Positions 17,316 through 28,236 are shown, counted from the first letter of the stretch. The stretch is DNA of 64,000 nt from an uncultured Gemmatimonadales bacterium (GCA_963846435.1 CAWJVX010000001.1:424454-488453); one strand, 5' to 3'. Made by a program: numbers and translations. The notes: generated by a model not told the origin, from the letters alone.

Positions 17316-19207
17316 CTGGCCTCGAGGCTCTCTTCGTGTTGCAATGCCGTGATTCGCCGGGCGATTCCTCCGGCGGTCAGGCCGAAGCTGTCCAGCTGCT
17401 CAGCGCGGGGCGCCTGCTCGATGAGCCGGTCGGGTACGCCCAGTGCCACCACCCGCACCTCGGGATGCGTGGTCTGCAGGGTCTCCGCCAGATAGGAGCC
17501 GAATCCGTTGACGATGGTGCCCTCTTCGACCGTCACCAGAATGGGATGCTGCTGGGCCAGCGATTCCACCATCGCCGCATCCATCGGCTTGACGAACCGG
17601 CAGTTCACCACCGCGCAGTCGATTCCGTCCTGAGCCAGGATCTCTGCCGCCTCTACCGCCGGCAGCACCATGGTGCCTACCGCGAGGATGGCAACATCCT
17701 TGCCCCGCCGCAGCTGCTCCCAGGTTCCATAGGGGACCGGCGGAATATCGGAGACAGGGCGAGGCTCGTCCGGCGCCTTGTCCCGGGGATACCGGGTGCT
17801 GAAGGGGCCATCGTGCGCCAGCCCGGTGCGCAGCAACCCGATGAGCTCGTCGCCATCCTTGGGCGCGGTGACCGTCATGCCGGGAACCGCCAGCATGTAG
17901 GCGATGTCGTACAGTCCCATGTGAGTCTGTCCGTCCTCCCCCACGAGCCCTGCCCGGTCCATGCAGAAGAGCACCGGCAGATGCTGGACCGCGACGTCGT
18001 GAATGACGTTGTCGTAGGCCCGTTGGAGGAAAGTGCTGTAAATGGCGCAGACCGGCCGGATTCCCTGGGTAGCGAGGCCGCCGGCAAAGGTTACGGCATG
18101 TCCCTCGGCGATGCCGACATCGAAGAACCGCTCCGGGTACTTCTTTTGAAAAATGCCGGTGCCGGTGCCCGAAGGCATGGCGGCGGTGATGGCCACCAGC
18201 TCGGGATGCTCTCCCCCCAGTGCCGTCAAGGCTTCGCCGAACAGCTGGGTCCAGGTGGGCGGTCCACTCGACTTCTTGCGTGCTTCTCCGGTGACCGGAT
18301 CGTAGGCGGCCAGGCCGTGCCACTTCTCCTGATTGGACTCGGCGAAGGAAAAGCCCTTGCCCTTCTGAGTCATGACGTGGATGACCCGGGGGCCGCTCAT
18401 CCCGCGCACGAATCGGAGCGTATCGGTGAGCTTTTGCAGGTCGTGCCCGTCGATCGGGCCGAAGTAACGGAAACCCAGCTCCTCAAAGAACATTCCGGGT
18501 GAGAAGAGGTTCTTGACGCTCTCCTCCACGTTCCGGGCGAATTCCACCACCCCCTCGCCGAAGACGCCGCCAAGGGCGAAGGTGAGCCCCTTGATCCGCT
18601 CACGCAGCCGGTTGGTTCTCGGGTCGGCGACGATGCGGCCCAGCGTCTTGCTGATCGCGCCGACGTTGGGCGAGATCGACATGCCGTTGTCGTTCACGAT
18701 CAGGATGATGTCCCGTTCGGAATGGCCGGCGTTGTTCATGCCCTCGTAGGAGAGACCGCAGGTGAGGGCGCCATCACCTACCACCGCCGCCACCTTGTAC
18801 TGCTCGCCCTTGAGGTCCCGCGCGGTGGCCATGCCCAGCGCGGCGGACATGGCGGTGCCCGCGTGGCCGGCGCCAAAATGGTCGTGCTTGTTTTCACTGC
18901 GCTTGAGGAACCCCGAGATTCCATCGCGCTGCCGCAGCGTCGGGAAGGACTCGTCCCGGCCGGTGAGCAGCTTCCACGTATAGGCCTGGTGGCCTACGTC
19001 CCAGACGATCTTGTCGGTCGGCGACTCGAACTCGTAGAGCAGCGCGATGGTCAACTCGACCACGCCGAGGCTGGCCCCAATATGACCGCCGGTGATCGAG
19101 CAGCACTCGATGAGCCGGTCGCGGATCTCCTGGGCCAGGTCAGGAAGCTGGTCCCGGCGCAGGCGCTTCAGGTCGTCGGGGGACTTGATCGTGGAGAGCA
19201 AGGACAT
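17312..19207 (-). CDS. dxs: 1-deoxy-D-xylulose-5-phosphate synthase
   Basis: GGHIGASLGVVELT, DVGHQAYTWKLLTGR and GDGALTCGLSYEGMNNAG are present; length is 631 aa. Confidence 0.95.
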   Translation of the reverse strand: MSLLSTIKSPDDLKRLRRDQLPDLAQEIRDRLIECCSITGGHIGASLGVVELTIALLYEFESPTDKIVWDVGHQAYTWKLLTGRDESFPTLRQRDGISGFLKRSENKHDHFGAGHAGTAMSAALGMATARDLKGEQYKVAAVVGDGALTCGLSYEGMNNAGHSERDIILIVNDNGMSISPNVGAISKTLGRIVADPRTNRLRERIKGLTFALGGVFGEGVVEFARNVEESVKNLFSPGMFFEELGFRYFGPIDGHDLQKLTDTLRFVRGMSGPRVIHVMTQKGKGFSFAESNQEKWHGLAAYDPVTGEARKKSSGPPTWTQLFGEALTALGGEHPELVAITAAMPSGTGTGIFQKKYPERFFDVGIAEGHAVTFAGGLATQGIRPVCAIYSTFLQRAYDNVIHDVAVQHLPVLFCMDRAGLVGEDGQTHMGLYDIAYMLAVPGMTVTAPKDGDELIGLLRTGLAHDGPFSTRYPRDKAPDEPRPVSDIPPVPYGTWEQLRRGKDVAILAVGTMVLPAVEAAEILAQDGIDCAVVNCRFVKPMDAAMVESLAQQHPILVTVEEGTIVNGFGSYLAETLQTTHPEVRVVALGVPDRLIEQAPRAEQLDSFGLTAGGIARRITALQHEESLEAR

Positions 19208-19252
19208 GGTGTGAGAGCCTTGAGTGACACAGACTTAGATCGGATTCTGCTG

Positions 19253-20164
19253 CTAAGAGCTCCTGGTCACAATATACCCGGCCAAGGCCCCCAGTGCCTC
19301 CGAGCTGACCCCTGCCTGGCTGAGGTGGCCCACCGCGCTCTTGGCGAGGCGCTGCGCCTCTGCCCGGGCTCCATCGATGCCGAGCAGGACGACGTAGGTA
19401 GACTTTGCCAGCTGGGCGTCGCGACCGGCCGGCTTGCCAAGCTCCTCGCTCGTTCCGGTGGCATCCAGGATATCATCGGCTATCTGGAAGGCGAGTCCGA
19501 TATCCTCGCCAAAGGCAGTAAGGCCCTTCAACTGAACGGGCCCAGCCTCCGCAGACATCCCGCCGAGGGTACAGGCGGCTCGAATGAGGGCCCCGGTCTT
19601 GCCCCGATGGACCTCGATCAGCTCGGGAAGTGGCAACCTCCGACGCTCGGCTTCCAAGTCGAGCCACTGCCCTCCCACCATCCCCTCGATGCCCCCGGCA
19701 TGAAACAGCTCACCCGCCATCGAACCGAGGGTGCCGGCGGGCAGACCGAGCTCCGCCGACGCAACGGCAAGGAGGCGGGCTGCCACCGGCACCAGCAGGA
19801 AGCCGACCCGGGTCGCCGTGGCAACGTCGAAGGCGCGATGGGTGGTGGGGCGGCCGCGGCGGAGGTCGTCATTGTCCATGCAGGGGAGATCGTCGTGCAC
19901 CAGGGAATAGGTGTGCACGGTCTCGACCGCCGCGGCCACGCCCGCGATGCCCGACGATCTGCCTCCGAGCGCGCGATACGCGGCCATGAGCAGCGCCGCC
20001 CGAACCCGCTTGCCCGGTGTCCGGAGCGCATAGGACAACGCCTGGCCCTGACGGCCGCCGATCTCCAGCTCCAGGCGCTTTGCCCACCCGCTGAGCAGCG
20101 CGTCGGTTCGGTCCCTCGCCTCCGTCAGCAGATCCGTCGCTGCCGCCGAAGCGGCTTCAGGCAT
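19253..20164 (-). CDS. ispA: polyprenyl (farnesyl/geranylgeranyl) diphosphate synthase
   Basis: First and second Asp-rich motifs are present (LVHDDLPCMDNDDLRRGRPT and FQIADDILD). Confidence 0.85.
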   Translation of the reverse strand: MPEAASAAATDLLTEARDRTDALLSGWAKRLELEIGGRQGQALSYALRTPGKRVRAALLMAAYRALGGRSSGIAGVAAAVETVHTYSLVHDDLPCMDNDDLRRGRPTTHRAFDVATATRVGFLLVPVAARLLAVASAELGLPAGTLGSMAGELFHAGGIEGMVGGQWLDLEAERRRLPLPELIEVHRGKTGALIRAACTLGGMSAEAGPVQLKGLTAFGEDIGLAFQIADDILDATGTSEELGKPAGRDAQLAKSTYVVLLGIDGARAEAQRLAKSAVGHLSQAGVSSEALGALAGYIVTRSS

Positions 20165-20399
20165 CGAGATCAGTGACCCTGATGTCGCCGCCCGCCTCCT
20201 CCAGGACGGCCTGTACCTTCACCTCGGCGGCCACCAGCCGTTCTCGCGCGGCTCGGAGTCGGGCCACACCTTCCTCAAACAGCAGCAGCGCCGCGTCCAG
20301 CTCCACATCGTCCGCTTCCAGCTTTCGAACGATCTCCTCCAGCCGGGCGAGCTCGTCGGCCAGGGCGGGAGCCGCGGCGACGGCATCTGATTTCCGCAT
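20157..20399 (-). CDS. xseB: exodeoxyribonuclease VII small subunit
   Basis: ATG at 20399 gives 80 aa with LARLEEIVRKLEADDVELDAALLLFEEGVARLR. The track ORF is N-terminally over-extended. Confidence 0.85.
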   Translation of the reverse strand: MRKSDAVAAAPALADELARLEEIVRKLEADDVELDAALLLFEEGVARLRAARERLVAAEVKVQAVLEEAGGDIRVTDLDA

Positions 20400-20403
20400 G
20401 ACC

Positions 20404-21561
20404 TCACTCCACCCGTGCGCGGACGTCTCCGTCGACCACCCGCAGTCGGAAGCTGGCGTCCTTGATAAAATCGGCCTGCCGCTTGAGCACCCGGCCGGCA
20501 TCGTCCAACGGAACGGCGTAGCCGCGACCGAGCACCCGGAGAGGGCTCAACGCATCGAGCTGGGCACCGAGCCGGTCGGCCAAATTTCGGCGCGAGTCGA
20601 GCACCCCCTCCACGGCCGCATGCAGGCGGTCCTTGCTCCGGGCCAGGCGAGCCGCCGCCAGCCGGGTCCGTCCGGTGAGTCCCGCGGCGAGCCGCAGCGA
20701 CAGGTCGTCAACCAGCCGGAGCACGTCCCGCCGGTCCGCCACCGCCAGCTCCGCCGCGGCGGAGGGAGTGGCCGCACGCAGATCGGCAACCAGGTCGGTC
20801 AGCGAGATATCGATCTCGTGCCCCACGGCCGAGATCGTCGGGACCTTCACGTTGGCGAGGGCCCGGCATACGGCCTCACTGTTGAAGGCGGCAAGGTCCT
20901 CCCGGGCCCCGCCACCCCGGCCCACGATGCAGAGATCGAGTCCCGGAATCCGATTGACCAGTTTGAGCGCGCGAACCAGGTCGTCCACCGCGCCTTCGCC
21001 CTGCACCCGTGCGGAGACCAACAGGATTCGGGCGCAGGGCCATCGCTTGCGGGTGACGGTGACCACGTCCTTGAGCGCCGCACCATCGCGCGAGGTCACC
21101 AGCGCGATGGTGCTGACGTAGGGCGGCACCGAGCGCTTGCGCATCGGATCGAACAGGCCGTCCTGCTGCAGGAGAAGCTTCACCCGCTCCAGCTCCTGCT
21201 GCTTCTGGCCCACCGCACTGGTCGGAAGCATGCGGGCGACGACCAGCTGAAACTCCCCCTTCTCCTCGTACAGCCCCGCCTTGGCCAGCACGAAGACCTC
21301 GGTTCCGTCCGCCGGCGGCTTCCCCGCTCGGGAAGCATTCAGCCGGAACATGCAGCAGCGAACCTGGCTCCGGCGGTCACGCAGGGTGAAGTACCAGTGT
21401 CCACTCGACCACACCTTGCATTGCAGCACCTCGCCGCGCACCCAGATCGGGGGCAGACTGCCGTCAATCAGCCGATTGATCGCAGTGTTGAGCTGACCGA
21501 CGGACCAGACCTGGTCTGAAACAGAGGGGATGTCAAGCGACAGCGATAAGGTCATAGGCAA
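20404..21561 (-). CDS. xseA: exodeoxyribonuclease VII large subunit
   Basis: VWSVGQLNTAINRLIDG..IWVRGEV (OB fold) followed by the catalytic region. Adjacent to xseB. Confidence 0.9.
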   Translation of the reverse strand: MPMTLSLSLDIPSVSDQVWSVGQLNTAINRLIDGSLPPIWVRGEVLQCKVWSSGHWYFTLRDRRSQVRCCMFRLNASRAGKPPADGTEVFVLAKAGLYEEKGEFQLVVARMLPTSAVGQKQQELERVKLLLQQDGLFDPMRKRSVPPYVSTIALVTSRDGAALKDVVTVTRKRWPCARILLVSARVQGEGAVDDLVRALKLVNRIPGLDLCIVGRGGGAREDLAAFNSEAVCRALANVKVPTISAVGHEIDISLTDLVADLRAATPSAAAELAVADRRDVLRLVDDLSLRLAAGLTGRTRLAAARLARSKDRLHAAVEGVLDSRRNLADRLGAQLDALSPLRVLGRGYAVPLDDAGRVLKRQADFIKDASFRLRVVDGDVRARVE

Positions 21562-21562
21562 A

Positions 21563-22450
21563 TCAGTCGAGTTCCGCCTGCTTCATGGCCTGCAGGGTGT
21601 TCTGAAGCAGCATGGCTATGGTCATGGGCCCCACGCCGCCGGGGACTGGGGTGATAGCGGAGGCGATCTGGGCTACCGGCTCGTAGGCCACATCGCCGAC
21701 GAGGCGATAACCCTTCGGCCGCGAGGTGTCATCCACCCGGTTGATACCCACATCGACGACGACCGCCCCGGGGCGGACCATGTCAGCCGTCACGAACTCG
21801 GGCTTTCCGATGGCGGCCACCAGGATATCGGCCTGCCGCGTCACCGCGGGGAGATCGCGGGTCCGCGAGTGGCATACGGTGACCGTCGCGTCGCCACCGG
21901 GCCCCTGCTGGATCAACAGGTTGGCCATCGGCTTGCCCACGATGTTCGAGCGACCCACGATCACGGCGTGCGCGCCTTTGGTCTCGATGCCGGAGCGAAG
22001 CAGCATCTGCTGGACGCCATAGGGCGTGGCCGGCCGGAACGCGGTCGCGTCCCCGGTCACCAGCTTGCCGACATTCACCGGATGGAAGCCGTCCACGTCT
22101 TTGCCCGGGTCGATCCGGCGCAGCACCTTTTCGCTGTTGATGTGCTTGGGCAGCGGCAGCTGTACCAGAATGCCGTGAATCGCAGGATCGCCATTGAGCC
22201 GGTCGACGGTGGCCAGGAGCTCGGCCTCGGACGTGTCGACCGGCAACCGGATGGTGACTGAGTGCATTCCGGCTTCCTCGCACGCCTTGCCCTTGGACCG
22301 GACATAGACGGCGCTGGCGGGGTCTTCGCCCACCAACACAGCGGCGAGTCCGGGTTTGCGCCCATCCCGCCTCACGCGTAACACCTCAGCTGCTACTTCC
22401 TCCCGAATCGATCTGGCGATTGCCGTGCCGTCGAGGATCCTGGCGCTCAT
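21563..22450 (-). CDS. folD: bifunctional methylenetetrahydrofolate dehydrogenase/cyclohydrolase
   Basis: ILDGTAIA..., [29 protein letters not shown] and [14 protein letters not shown]. Confidence 0.95.
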   Translation of the reverse strand: MSARILDGTAIARSIREEVAAEVLRVRRDGRKPGLAAVLVGEDPASAVYVRSKGKACEEAGMHSVTIRLPVDTSEAELLATVDRLNGDPAIHGILVQLPLPKHINSEKVLRRIDPGKDVDGFHPVNVGKLVTGDATAFRPATPYGVQQMLLRSGIETKGAHAVIVGRSNIVGKPMANLLIQQGPGGDATVTVCHSRTRDLPAVTRQADILVAAIGKPEFVTADMVRPGAVVVDVGINRVDDTSRPKGYRLVGDVAYEPVAQIASAITPVPGGVGPMTIAMLLQNTLQAMKQAELD

Positions 22451-24027
22451 CGCGCGAAATCCACGGCTCGGGTCTCCCGGATCACCACCACCTTGATCTG
22501 ACCGGGATACTGAAGCTCGCCCTCGATCTTTCGGGCGATCGACTCGGAGAGCTGCGCCGCGGCGCCGTCGTCAATCCGATCGGGGGTCACCACGACCCGG
22601 ATCTCCCGGCCCGCCTGGATGACGTTGCTCTTCTCCACCCCGGGAAAGGCATTAGCGATTTCTTCCAGCCGGGTCAGCCGCTTCACGTAGCTCTCGAAGG
22701 CCTCACGCCGGGCCCCCGGCCGCGAGCCGCTGATGGCGTCGGCGGCCTGCACCAGCACCGACTCGGTGGATTCGTGGGGCACGTCGTCGTGATGAGCCTG
22801 AATGCAGTTGATCACGGCAGGGCTTTCCCCGTATTTCCGGGCCACTTCCACGCCCAGCTCCACGTGCGTCCCCTCGCTGTCGTGGGTGAGCACCTTGCCC
22901 ACATCGTGCAGCAGGGCGCCTCGCTTGGCCAGGAGGACGTCCACGTGCAGCTCGGCGGCCATCATACCGGCCAGCCAGGCCACCTCCTTGGAGTGGTCGA
23001 GGATGTTCTGGCCATAGGAGGTGCGGTAACGCATCCGGCCGATCAGCTTGATCATCTCGGGGTGGAGCCCGTGCACACCGGTGTCGTACGCCGCCTGCTC
23101 GCCCAGCTCGACCAGCTGGTTTTCCAGCTCGGCCCGGACCTTCACCACGATCTCTTCAATCCGTCCGGGGTGGATGCGGCCGTCCACGATGAGTGCCTCG
23201 AGTGACCGGCGCGCCACCTCGCGGCGGATCGGATCGAAGCAGGAGATGATCACGGTGTCCGGGGTGTCGTCGATGATGACGTCGACCCCGGTGGCGGTCT
23301 CGAAGGCACGGATGTTCCTGCCCTCCCGCCCGATGATGCGGCCCTTCATCTCGTCACTTGGCAGGGCGACCGCGGCCACCGTACTCTCGGCCGTGTGCTC
23401 GGCACCCAGCCGCTGGATCGCCATGGAGATGATTCGCCGTGCATCCCGGTCAGCGCCGCGGCGGGCCTGCTCCTTGATGTCGCGCACCAGGGCAGCGGCC
23501 TGGCCGCGGGCCTCGTCCTCGATCCGCTGGAGGATCTCGCGCCGGGCATCCTCGGCAGTGAGTCCCGCGATGCGCTCCAACTTGACCCGCTGTTCCTGCG
23601 CCAGCCGGTCGGCCTCGCCCTCGCGACTGCGGAGGTTCAGCTCCCGCTGGGTCAGCGCCTCCTCGCGGTGCGCGGCTCCCCGCTCCCGGGTATCGATTTC
23701 CTCGAGCTTGCGCTCCTGGGCCCGGGCGCGCTCCTCGGCGCGGCGCTCCAGCCGGTCCCATTCCTCCCGCCGGCGGAGGATCTCGCGGTCGAGTTCCTCC
23801 CGCAGCTTGAGGGTCTCCATCTTGGAGCTAAGCAGCAGCTCGGCTTTGGCCGCCTCAGCCTCCCGCTGCCCCTCCGAGCGGATTCGCTCAGCCTCCGCTC
23901 GCGCGACCGTGAGAATACCGGTGGCGCTCCGTCGCTGATTCCGGGTGTAGAACAGGATGAACAGCAGGGAGCCGCCGAGTGCCGCAGCCACCCCCGCGAA
24001 AACCGCCAGGAGGACAGACTCTAGCAT
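22447..24027 (-). CDS. rny: ribonuclease Y
   Basis: ATG at 24027 gives an N-terminal TM helix ([26 protein letters not shown]), a coiled coil, a KH domain ([15 protein letters not shown]) and an HD domain (LLHDVGK). The track ORF is extended by 59 codons. Confidence 0.9.
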   Translation of the reverse strand: MLESVLLAVFAGVAAALGGSLLFILFYTRNQRRSATGILTVARAEAERIRSEGQREAEAAKAELLLSSKMETLKLREELDREILRRREEWDRLERRAEERARAQERKLEEIDTRERGAAHREEALTQRELNLRSREGEADRLAQEQRVKLERIAGLTAEDARREILQRIEDEARGQAAALVRDIKEQARRGADRDARRIISMAIQRLGAEHTAESTVAAVALPSDEMKGRIIGREGRNIRAFETATGVDVIIDDTPDTVIISCFDPIRREVARRSLEALIVDGRIHPGRIEEIVVKVRAELENQLVELGEQAAYDTGVHGLHPEMIKLIGRMRYRTSYGQNILDHSKEVAWLAGMMAAELHVDVLLAKRGALLHDVGKVLTHDSEGTHVELGVEVARKYGESPAVINCIQAHHDDVPHESTESVLVQAADAISGSRPGARREAFESYVKRLTRLEEIANAFPGVEKSNVIQAGREIRVVVTPDRIDDGAAAQLSESIARKIEGELQYPGQIKVVVIRETRAVDFAR

Positions 24028-24040
24028 GGCGATTCTTCCC

Positions 24041-24349
24041 TCAGGAAACTGCGCGAGTACCGCGCTTGGCTGGTGGGAGGAGCCGGGCCAGGTCATCCGC
24101 CATGGCGGTGAGCCGGTCGGCGACGTCGCGGTCGCCCCGGCGGGCCTGAAAGAGCTCGTCGGTGATGGAGAGCGCCGCCAGGATGGCAGCCTTGTGCGTC
24201 TCAACCATCGGTAGGGTGTCTCGCACCCGCTTCAGCGCCGCGTCGAGGTATGCGGCCACCTCACGGGTATACTCGGGCGGAAGCTCGGAGCGGACAGTGT
24301 ACTCCTCGCCCCCGATGATGACTCGAACCGCATTCTTGGTCGTACTCAC
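24041..24349 (-). CDS. zapA: cell division protein ZapA
   Basis: VRVIIGGEEYTVRSE...AAILAALSITDELF is the typical ZapA pattern. The gene lies next to rny and pheT, as in many genomes. Confidence 0.8.
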   Translation of the reverse strand: MSTTKNAVRVIIGGEEYTVRSELPPEYTREVAAYLDAALKRVRDTLPMVETHKAAILAALSITDELFQARRGDRDVADRLTAMADDLARLLPPAKRGTRAVS

Positions 24350-24663
24350 GCGGCGTTGCCTCCACCATGCTGCTCCAGAAAGGTGAGCCGGCCGGTCAGA
24401 GTCTTGAGCCGCTCCTTGGCTCCGTCGATCCGCTGCCGCAACGCCTGGTTTTCCATCTCGAGCTCGATCACCCGCTGGCGGGCCTGATTGAGCTCCGGGC
24501 CGGCGAGCACGCCGCCGTTGGCGCGGACGTCCTGCAGCTCGGCCTCCGCCTTTAACGTTCTCCTCCGCCAGCCGGCCAGCTCTTCGGCCAGATTATGGAG
24601 CAGCTGCTCCAGATCGGCCATGGCCTGCTGGTCGGGCCGCTCGTAATGGTAGACCACGTTCAC
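24346..24663 (-). CDS. coiled-coil hypothetical protein
   Basis: 105-aa ORF with 4-nt overlaps to pheT and zapA. Heptad-rich sequence (LKAEAELQDV...IELEMENQALRQRIDGAKERLKTL). Confidence 0.5.
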   Translation of the reverse strand: MNVVYHYERPDQQAMADLEQLLHNLAEELAGWRRRTLKAEAELQDVRANGGVLAGPELNQARQRVIELEMENQALRQRIDGAKERLKTLTGRLTFLEQHGGGNAA

Positions 24664-27053
24664 TCTCCACCCCTTGGGGCGCCTGCATCGCGGCGCTGGA
24701 CGCCGAGCTCGGTGGCCAGCGCAGTGAGCATGCGGACCTCGATAGCGTCTATTTCCGGATCGCGCAGGGTACGATCGGCGGCCCGGAAGGTGAGCCGGAA
24801 CGCCACGCTGCGCCGGCCGGCCGGCAGCTCGGGCCCCCGATAGTCGCTCTCGACCAGGATCGACTCGAGCAGCTCGCCGCCAACCCGTCGAAGCAACTCC
24901 TCGACTTGCCCTACCGTGATGCCCTCACCAAGGAGGAGAGCGAGCACCCGTTCGGACGACGGGGTCGAGGGCAGGGTCGCGAATCGCACCGGGCGGCGCG
25001 GAGCCGGATCCAGCAACAGCTCGAAACCGAAGAGCGGAGCGGCCCAGACAGGGGCATCGGCTGTCACCGGCGCCGCCCAACCGACGGTACGGCCCTCCGA
25101 GTCCCGGGCGATCCATTCCGACCCTTCAACCTGCACCGCGCCTCCCGGAATCGCCAGAGCAACGGCCGCCTCGAATTGCCCCTTGAGATCCCAGGAATCG
25201 AATCGATCCTGGCCCGTGCCGGTCCAGTGCGGCGGCTCCCGGTGGCCGGTCAGAACCGCCGCCACATGGTACTCCTCGCGCGGGCGCTCGCCGTTGGCGG
25301 CGGCGGTGAACACGGTGCCGATCTCGAACAGCCGCACGTCGGCGACATGCTTCGCCCAGTTGCCTTCGACGAGCCGCACCAGGCCAGGCAACAGGCGCCG
25401 GCGTAGGTACCCCTCGGTGCTCGACAGCGGGTTCAGCAGGCGCACGCTGTCCGCGCCGTCGGCCGGTCCGGTTGGCAACGGCGAGACCTCGAAGAATCCC
25501 TGGCGGGCGAGCCCCTCACGCACCACGGCCGCGGCGCGCTCGATCGGCGCGTCGGGCAGCAGGCCGGGCCGGAACGGGCGGAGATCGGCCGGGAACTTCT
25601 CGTAGCCGTGCAGCCGGGCGACTTCCTCGATGAGGTCTACCTCTCGCACCAGATCGGGGCGCCAACTGGGCGCTTCGACTGCAATGCGAGCGTCTTCCGG
25701 CTTGGAGACGAGGGTGGCGCCGACCGCCACCAGGTAGCTCTCCAGCAACTGCCAGGGCAGCTCCACGCCAAGGATTTGGGCCACCCGTGCCGGCCGCAGG
25801 AAGATTCGCGGGGGATTCGACGGCCCGGGCCCCACATCCACCGGGGCCCCGGTCAGCGCGCCACCCGCGCTGGGACCGATGATCTCGATGCAGCGCCGGA
25901 GGGCCTCGACTCCACCCCAGCGATCGATGCCACGCTCGAACCGGTAGCTCGCTTCGGTCGAGAGTCCCAGCGCGCGCCGGGTGCGCCTGACCCCGGCGGG
26001 CGTGAAGTAGGCACACTCGAGGAATACATCAACCGTCTCGGGGGTGACCTCGGTGGCGGCCCCACCCATTACGCCCGCGATCCCGATCGCTCCGCCATCG
26101 TCGGCGATCACGGTCATCTCAGGCTTCAGGGTGCGGTCTATGCCGTCGAGGGTGATCACCGTCTCCCCGGCTCGCGCCCGCCGGGCCACCACGCTGGGTC
26201 CCCGCAGCCGCGCGATGTCATAGGCGTGCATGGGCTGGTTGAGCTCCAGCATGACGTAGTTGGTGGCGTCCACCACGTTGTTGATCGACCGGACGCCGGC
26301 GGCCTCGAGCCGTCGAGCCAACCAGTCCGGCGAAGGACCGATCTTCACTCCCCTGATGACGGCCCCGAGGAATCGGGGACAGCCCTCGAGATCCTCGATG
26401 GCCACCCGCACCCCACCGACCTCCGCGCTGTTGCCCACCCGACGCACCGGAGGCACCTCGATGGTGGGTGAGCCCGGAATGACTGGCAGCCGGAACGGCA
26501 CCCCATACGACACCGAGAGCTCGCGGGCAACGCCCTTGTGCCCCAACAGGTCGGGACGGTTGGGACCGACGTCGACGATCAGCCGTTGATCCTCGACCGG
26601 CACCGCTTCCAGCAGGCGGGTGCCCGGGGCGGCATCGGTCCCCAGGTCCCAGATCCCCTCGCCGTCCTGACCCAAGCCCAGCTCCCGGGCGGAACACAGC
26701 ATCCCCTCTGACGCTTCACCCCTGAGCTTGCGCTTTTCAATGCGGAGGCCGCCTGGCAGCGTGGCGCCGACCGGCGCGAAGGGGTACTTCCGTCCCGCCG
26801 CCACGTTCGCTGCGCCGCACACGACGTTGCGCCGCTCGGCCGTTCCGTCGTTCACCAGGCAGACCCGAAGCCGGTCGGCGTTGGGATGCGGCCGCACCTC
26901 CTCCACCAGTCCGATGAGCACGTCACCCAGCCCGGCATGGAGTGGCTCCACGGCATCCACCGGGGCGCCCAGCATGGCCAGCCGCTCGATGACGTCTTTG
27001 ACGTCCAGCCGGCGGCGGAGGAAGTCCTCGAGCCAGCGGAGGGAGACGTTCAT
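24660..27053 (-). CDS. pheT: phenylalanine--tRNA ligase beta subunit
   Basis: 797 aa starting MNVSLRWLEDFL, with tRNA-binding, B3/4, B5 and FDX-ACB regions recognisable. Confidence 0.95.
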   Translation of the reverse strand: MNVSLRWLEDFLRRRLDVKDVIERLAMLGAPVDAVEPLHAGLGDVLIGLVEEVRPHPNADRLRVCLVNDGTAERRNVVCGAANVAAGRKYPFAPVGATLPGGLRIEKRKLRGEASEGMLCSARELGLGQDGEGIWDLGTDAAPGTRLLEAVPVEDQRLIVDVGPNRPDLLGHKGVARELSVSYGVPFRLPVIPGSPTIEVPPVRRVGNSAEVGGVRVAIEDLEGCPRFLGAVIRGVKIGPSPDWLARRLEAAGVRSINNVVDATNYVMLELNQPMHAYDIARLRGPSVVARRARAGETVITLDGIDRTLKPEMTVIADDGGAIGIAGVMGGAATEVTPETVDVFLECAYFTPAGVRRTRRALGLSTEASYRFERGIDRWGGVEALRRCIEIIGPSAGGALTGAPVDVGPGPSNPPRIFLRPARVAQILGVELPWQLLESYLVAVGATLVSKPEDARIAVEAPSWRPDLVREVDLIEEVARLHGYEKFPADLRPFRPGLLPDAPIERAAAVVREGLARQGFFEVSPLPTGPADGADSVRLLNPLSSTEGYLRRRLLPGLVRLVEGNWAKHVADVRLFEIGTVFTAAANGERPREEYHVAAVLTGHREPPHWTGTGQDRFDSWDLKGQFEAAVALAIPGGAVQVEGSEWIARDSEGRTVGWAAPVTADAPVWAAPLFGFELLLDPAPRRPVRFATLPSTPSSERVLALLLGEGITVGQVEELLRRVGGELLESILVESDYRGPELPAGRRSVAFRLTFRAADRTLRDPEIDAIEVRMLTALATELGVQRRDAGAPRGGE

Positions 27054-28123
27054 GACCGGTTCTGCCCCGGCGCAAACTGCTCCAGGAACCGCATGTCCCC
27101 GTCATACAGCAGCCGGATGTCCGGGATGCCGAACCGCAGCATGGTGATCCGATGCGGGCCCATGCCGAAGGCCCAACCGGTGTAACGCTCGGGGTCGACC
27201 CCGGTGTTTTCGAACACGACGGGATGGACCATCCCGCAGCCCAGGATCTCCATCCAGCCGGTCCCCTTGCAGGCCGGGCAGCCGCTGCCGTGGCAGAGCT
27301 GGCACTCGACGTCCATCTCCGCCGACGGCTCGGTGAAGGGGAAGAACGAAGGCCGGAAGCGAACCTTGGTGCTCGGCGAGAAGAACCGATGGGCGAAGTG
27401 GGCTAACGTGGCCTTCAGATCCACGAAGGAGATGCCCTCGTCGACGGCCAGGCCTTCGATCTGGGAAAAGGCCGGCGCGTGCGACGCATCGAAGGGGTCG
27501 TTGCGATAGACCAGCCCGGGAATGATGACCCGCACCGGGGGCGGCGACTGGAGCATGGCGCGGATCTGCACCGGGGAGGTATGGGTCCGCAGTAACAACC
27601 TCCCTCCCTGCTCACCCGGAATCGGTGGCGCATCCACGTACAGCGTGTCGTGCATGTCCATGGCCGGGTGGTCGGCCGGAAAGTTGAGCGCGGTGAAGTT
27701 GTACCACTCGGTCTCGACCTCGGGACCGACGGCCACCGTGAAACCGAGCGCGCGGAAGATCTCCACGATCTCGTTGACTACCCCGGTAACCGGATGCTCG
27801 GCTCCAACCCAGCGCCGGCGGCCCGGCATGGTGAGGTCGATCCCGGCCGACTCGCGGCCGCGACGCTCCGCGTCCAGCACCGCCCGCCGGGCGGCGAACG
27901 CCGCCTCGAAGCTGGCCTTGAGCTGGTTGACGGCGGCACCATAGCCCTTCCGCTGATCGAGGGGCAGCGAGGGAACCGATTTCAGCGCCTCAGTGAGAGC
28001 TCCGTTCTTGCGACCGAGCACGGCAATCAGCTCGGAGGCGAGCTGGTCCACGCTGAGGCGGGGCACAGCCTCGAGCCGGGGCAGGAACGCATCGAGATCG
28101 GGAAAGCCGGTTGGCTTGGACAT
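27050..28123 (-). CDS. pheS: phenylalanine--tRNA ligase alpha subunit
   Basis: Class II motifs are present (HPV..V..EI..IF..LGF; FRPSFFPFTEPS; GWAFGMG..R). Confidence 0.95.
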   Translation of the reverse strand: MSKPTGFPDLDAFLPRLEAVPRLSVDQLASELIAVLGRKNGALTEALKSVPSLPLDQRKGYGAAVNQLKASFEAAFAARRAVLDAERRGRESAGIDLTMPGRRRWVGAEHPVTGVVNEIVEIFRALGFTVAVGPEVETEWYNFTALNFPADHPAMDMHDTLYVDAPPIPGEQGGRLLLRTHTSPVQIRAMLQSPPPVRVIIPGLVYRNDPFDASHAPAFSQIEGLAVDEGISFVDLKATLAHFAHRFFSPSTKVRFRPSFFPFTEPSAEMDVECQLCHGSGCPACKGTGWMEILGCGMVHPVVFENTGVDPERYTGWAFGMGPHRITMLRFGIPDIRLLYDGDMRFLEQFAPGQNRS

Positions 28124-28153
28124 CTAGCTCGGAGACGATGATGTGAGTACGCC

Positions 28154-28221
28154 GATGGGGCCGCCCGCCCAGTGCGAAACGGCCCCATCCGGGCAAGGCA
28201 GACCCGCAACTCCGTGCGGGT
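28154..28221 (-). other. two GC-rich hairpins between rplT and pheS
   Basis: On the minus strand: ACCCGCA-cggagu-UGCGGGU (28221..28202) and GAUGGGGCCG-N16-CGGCCCCAUC (28189..28154). Neither has a U-tract. Confidence 0.3.
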
Positions 28222-28236
28222 TCCACCGGGCAGGCC

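Noticed and set aside
18722-20176. 484-aa plus-strand ORF, and many similar long ORFs in the track (for example 636..1571, 4252..5568, 20173..21519, 34868..35833, 54576..55748).
   Set aside because: They lie antisense to or out of frame with genes that have unmistakable conserved motifs (dxs, ispA, kinase, xseA and others). They are Arg/Pro/Gly/Ala-rich low-complexity translations typical of shadow ORFs in high-GC DNA.
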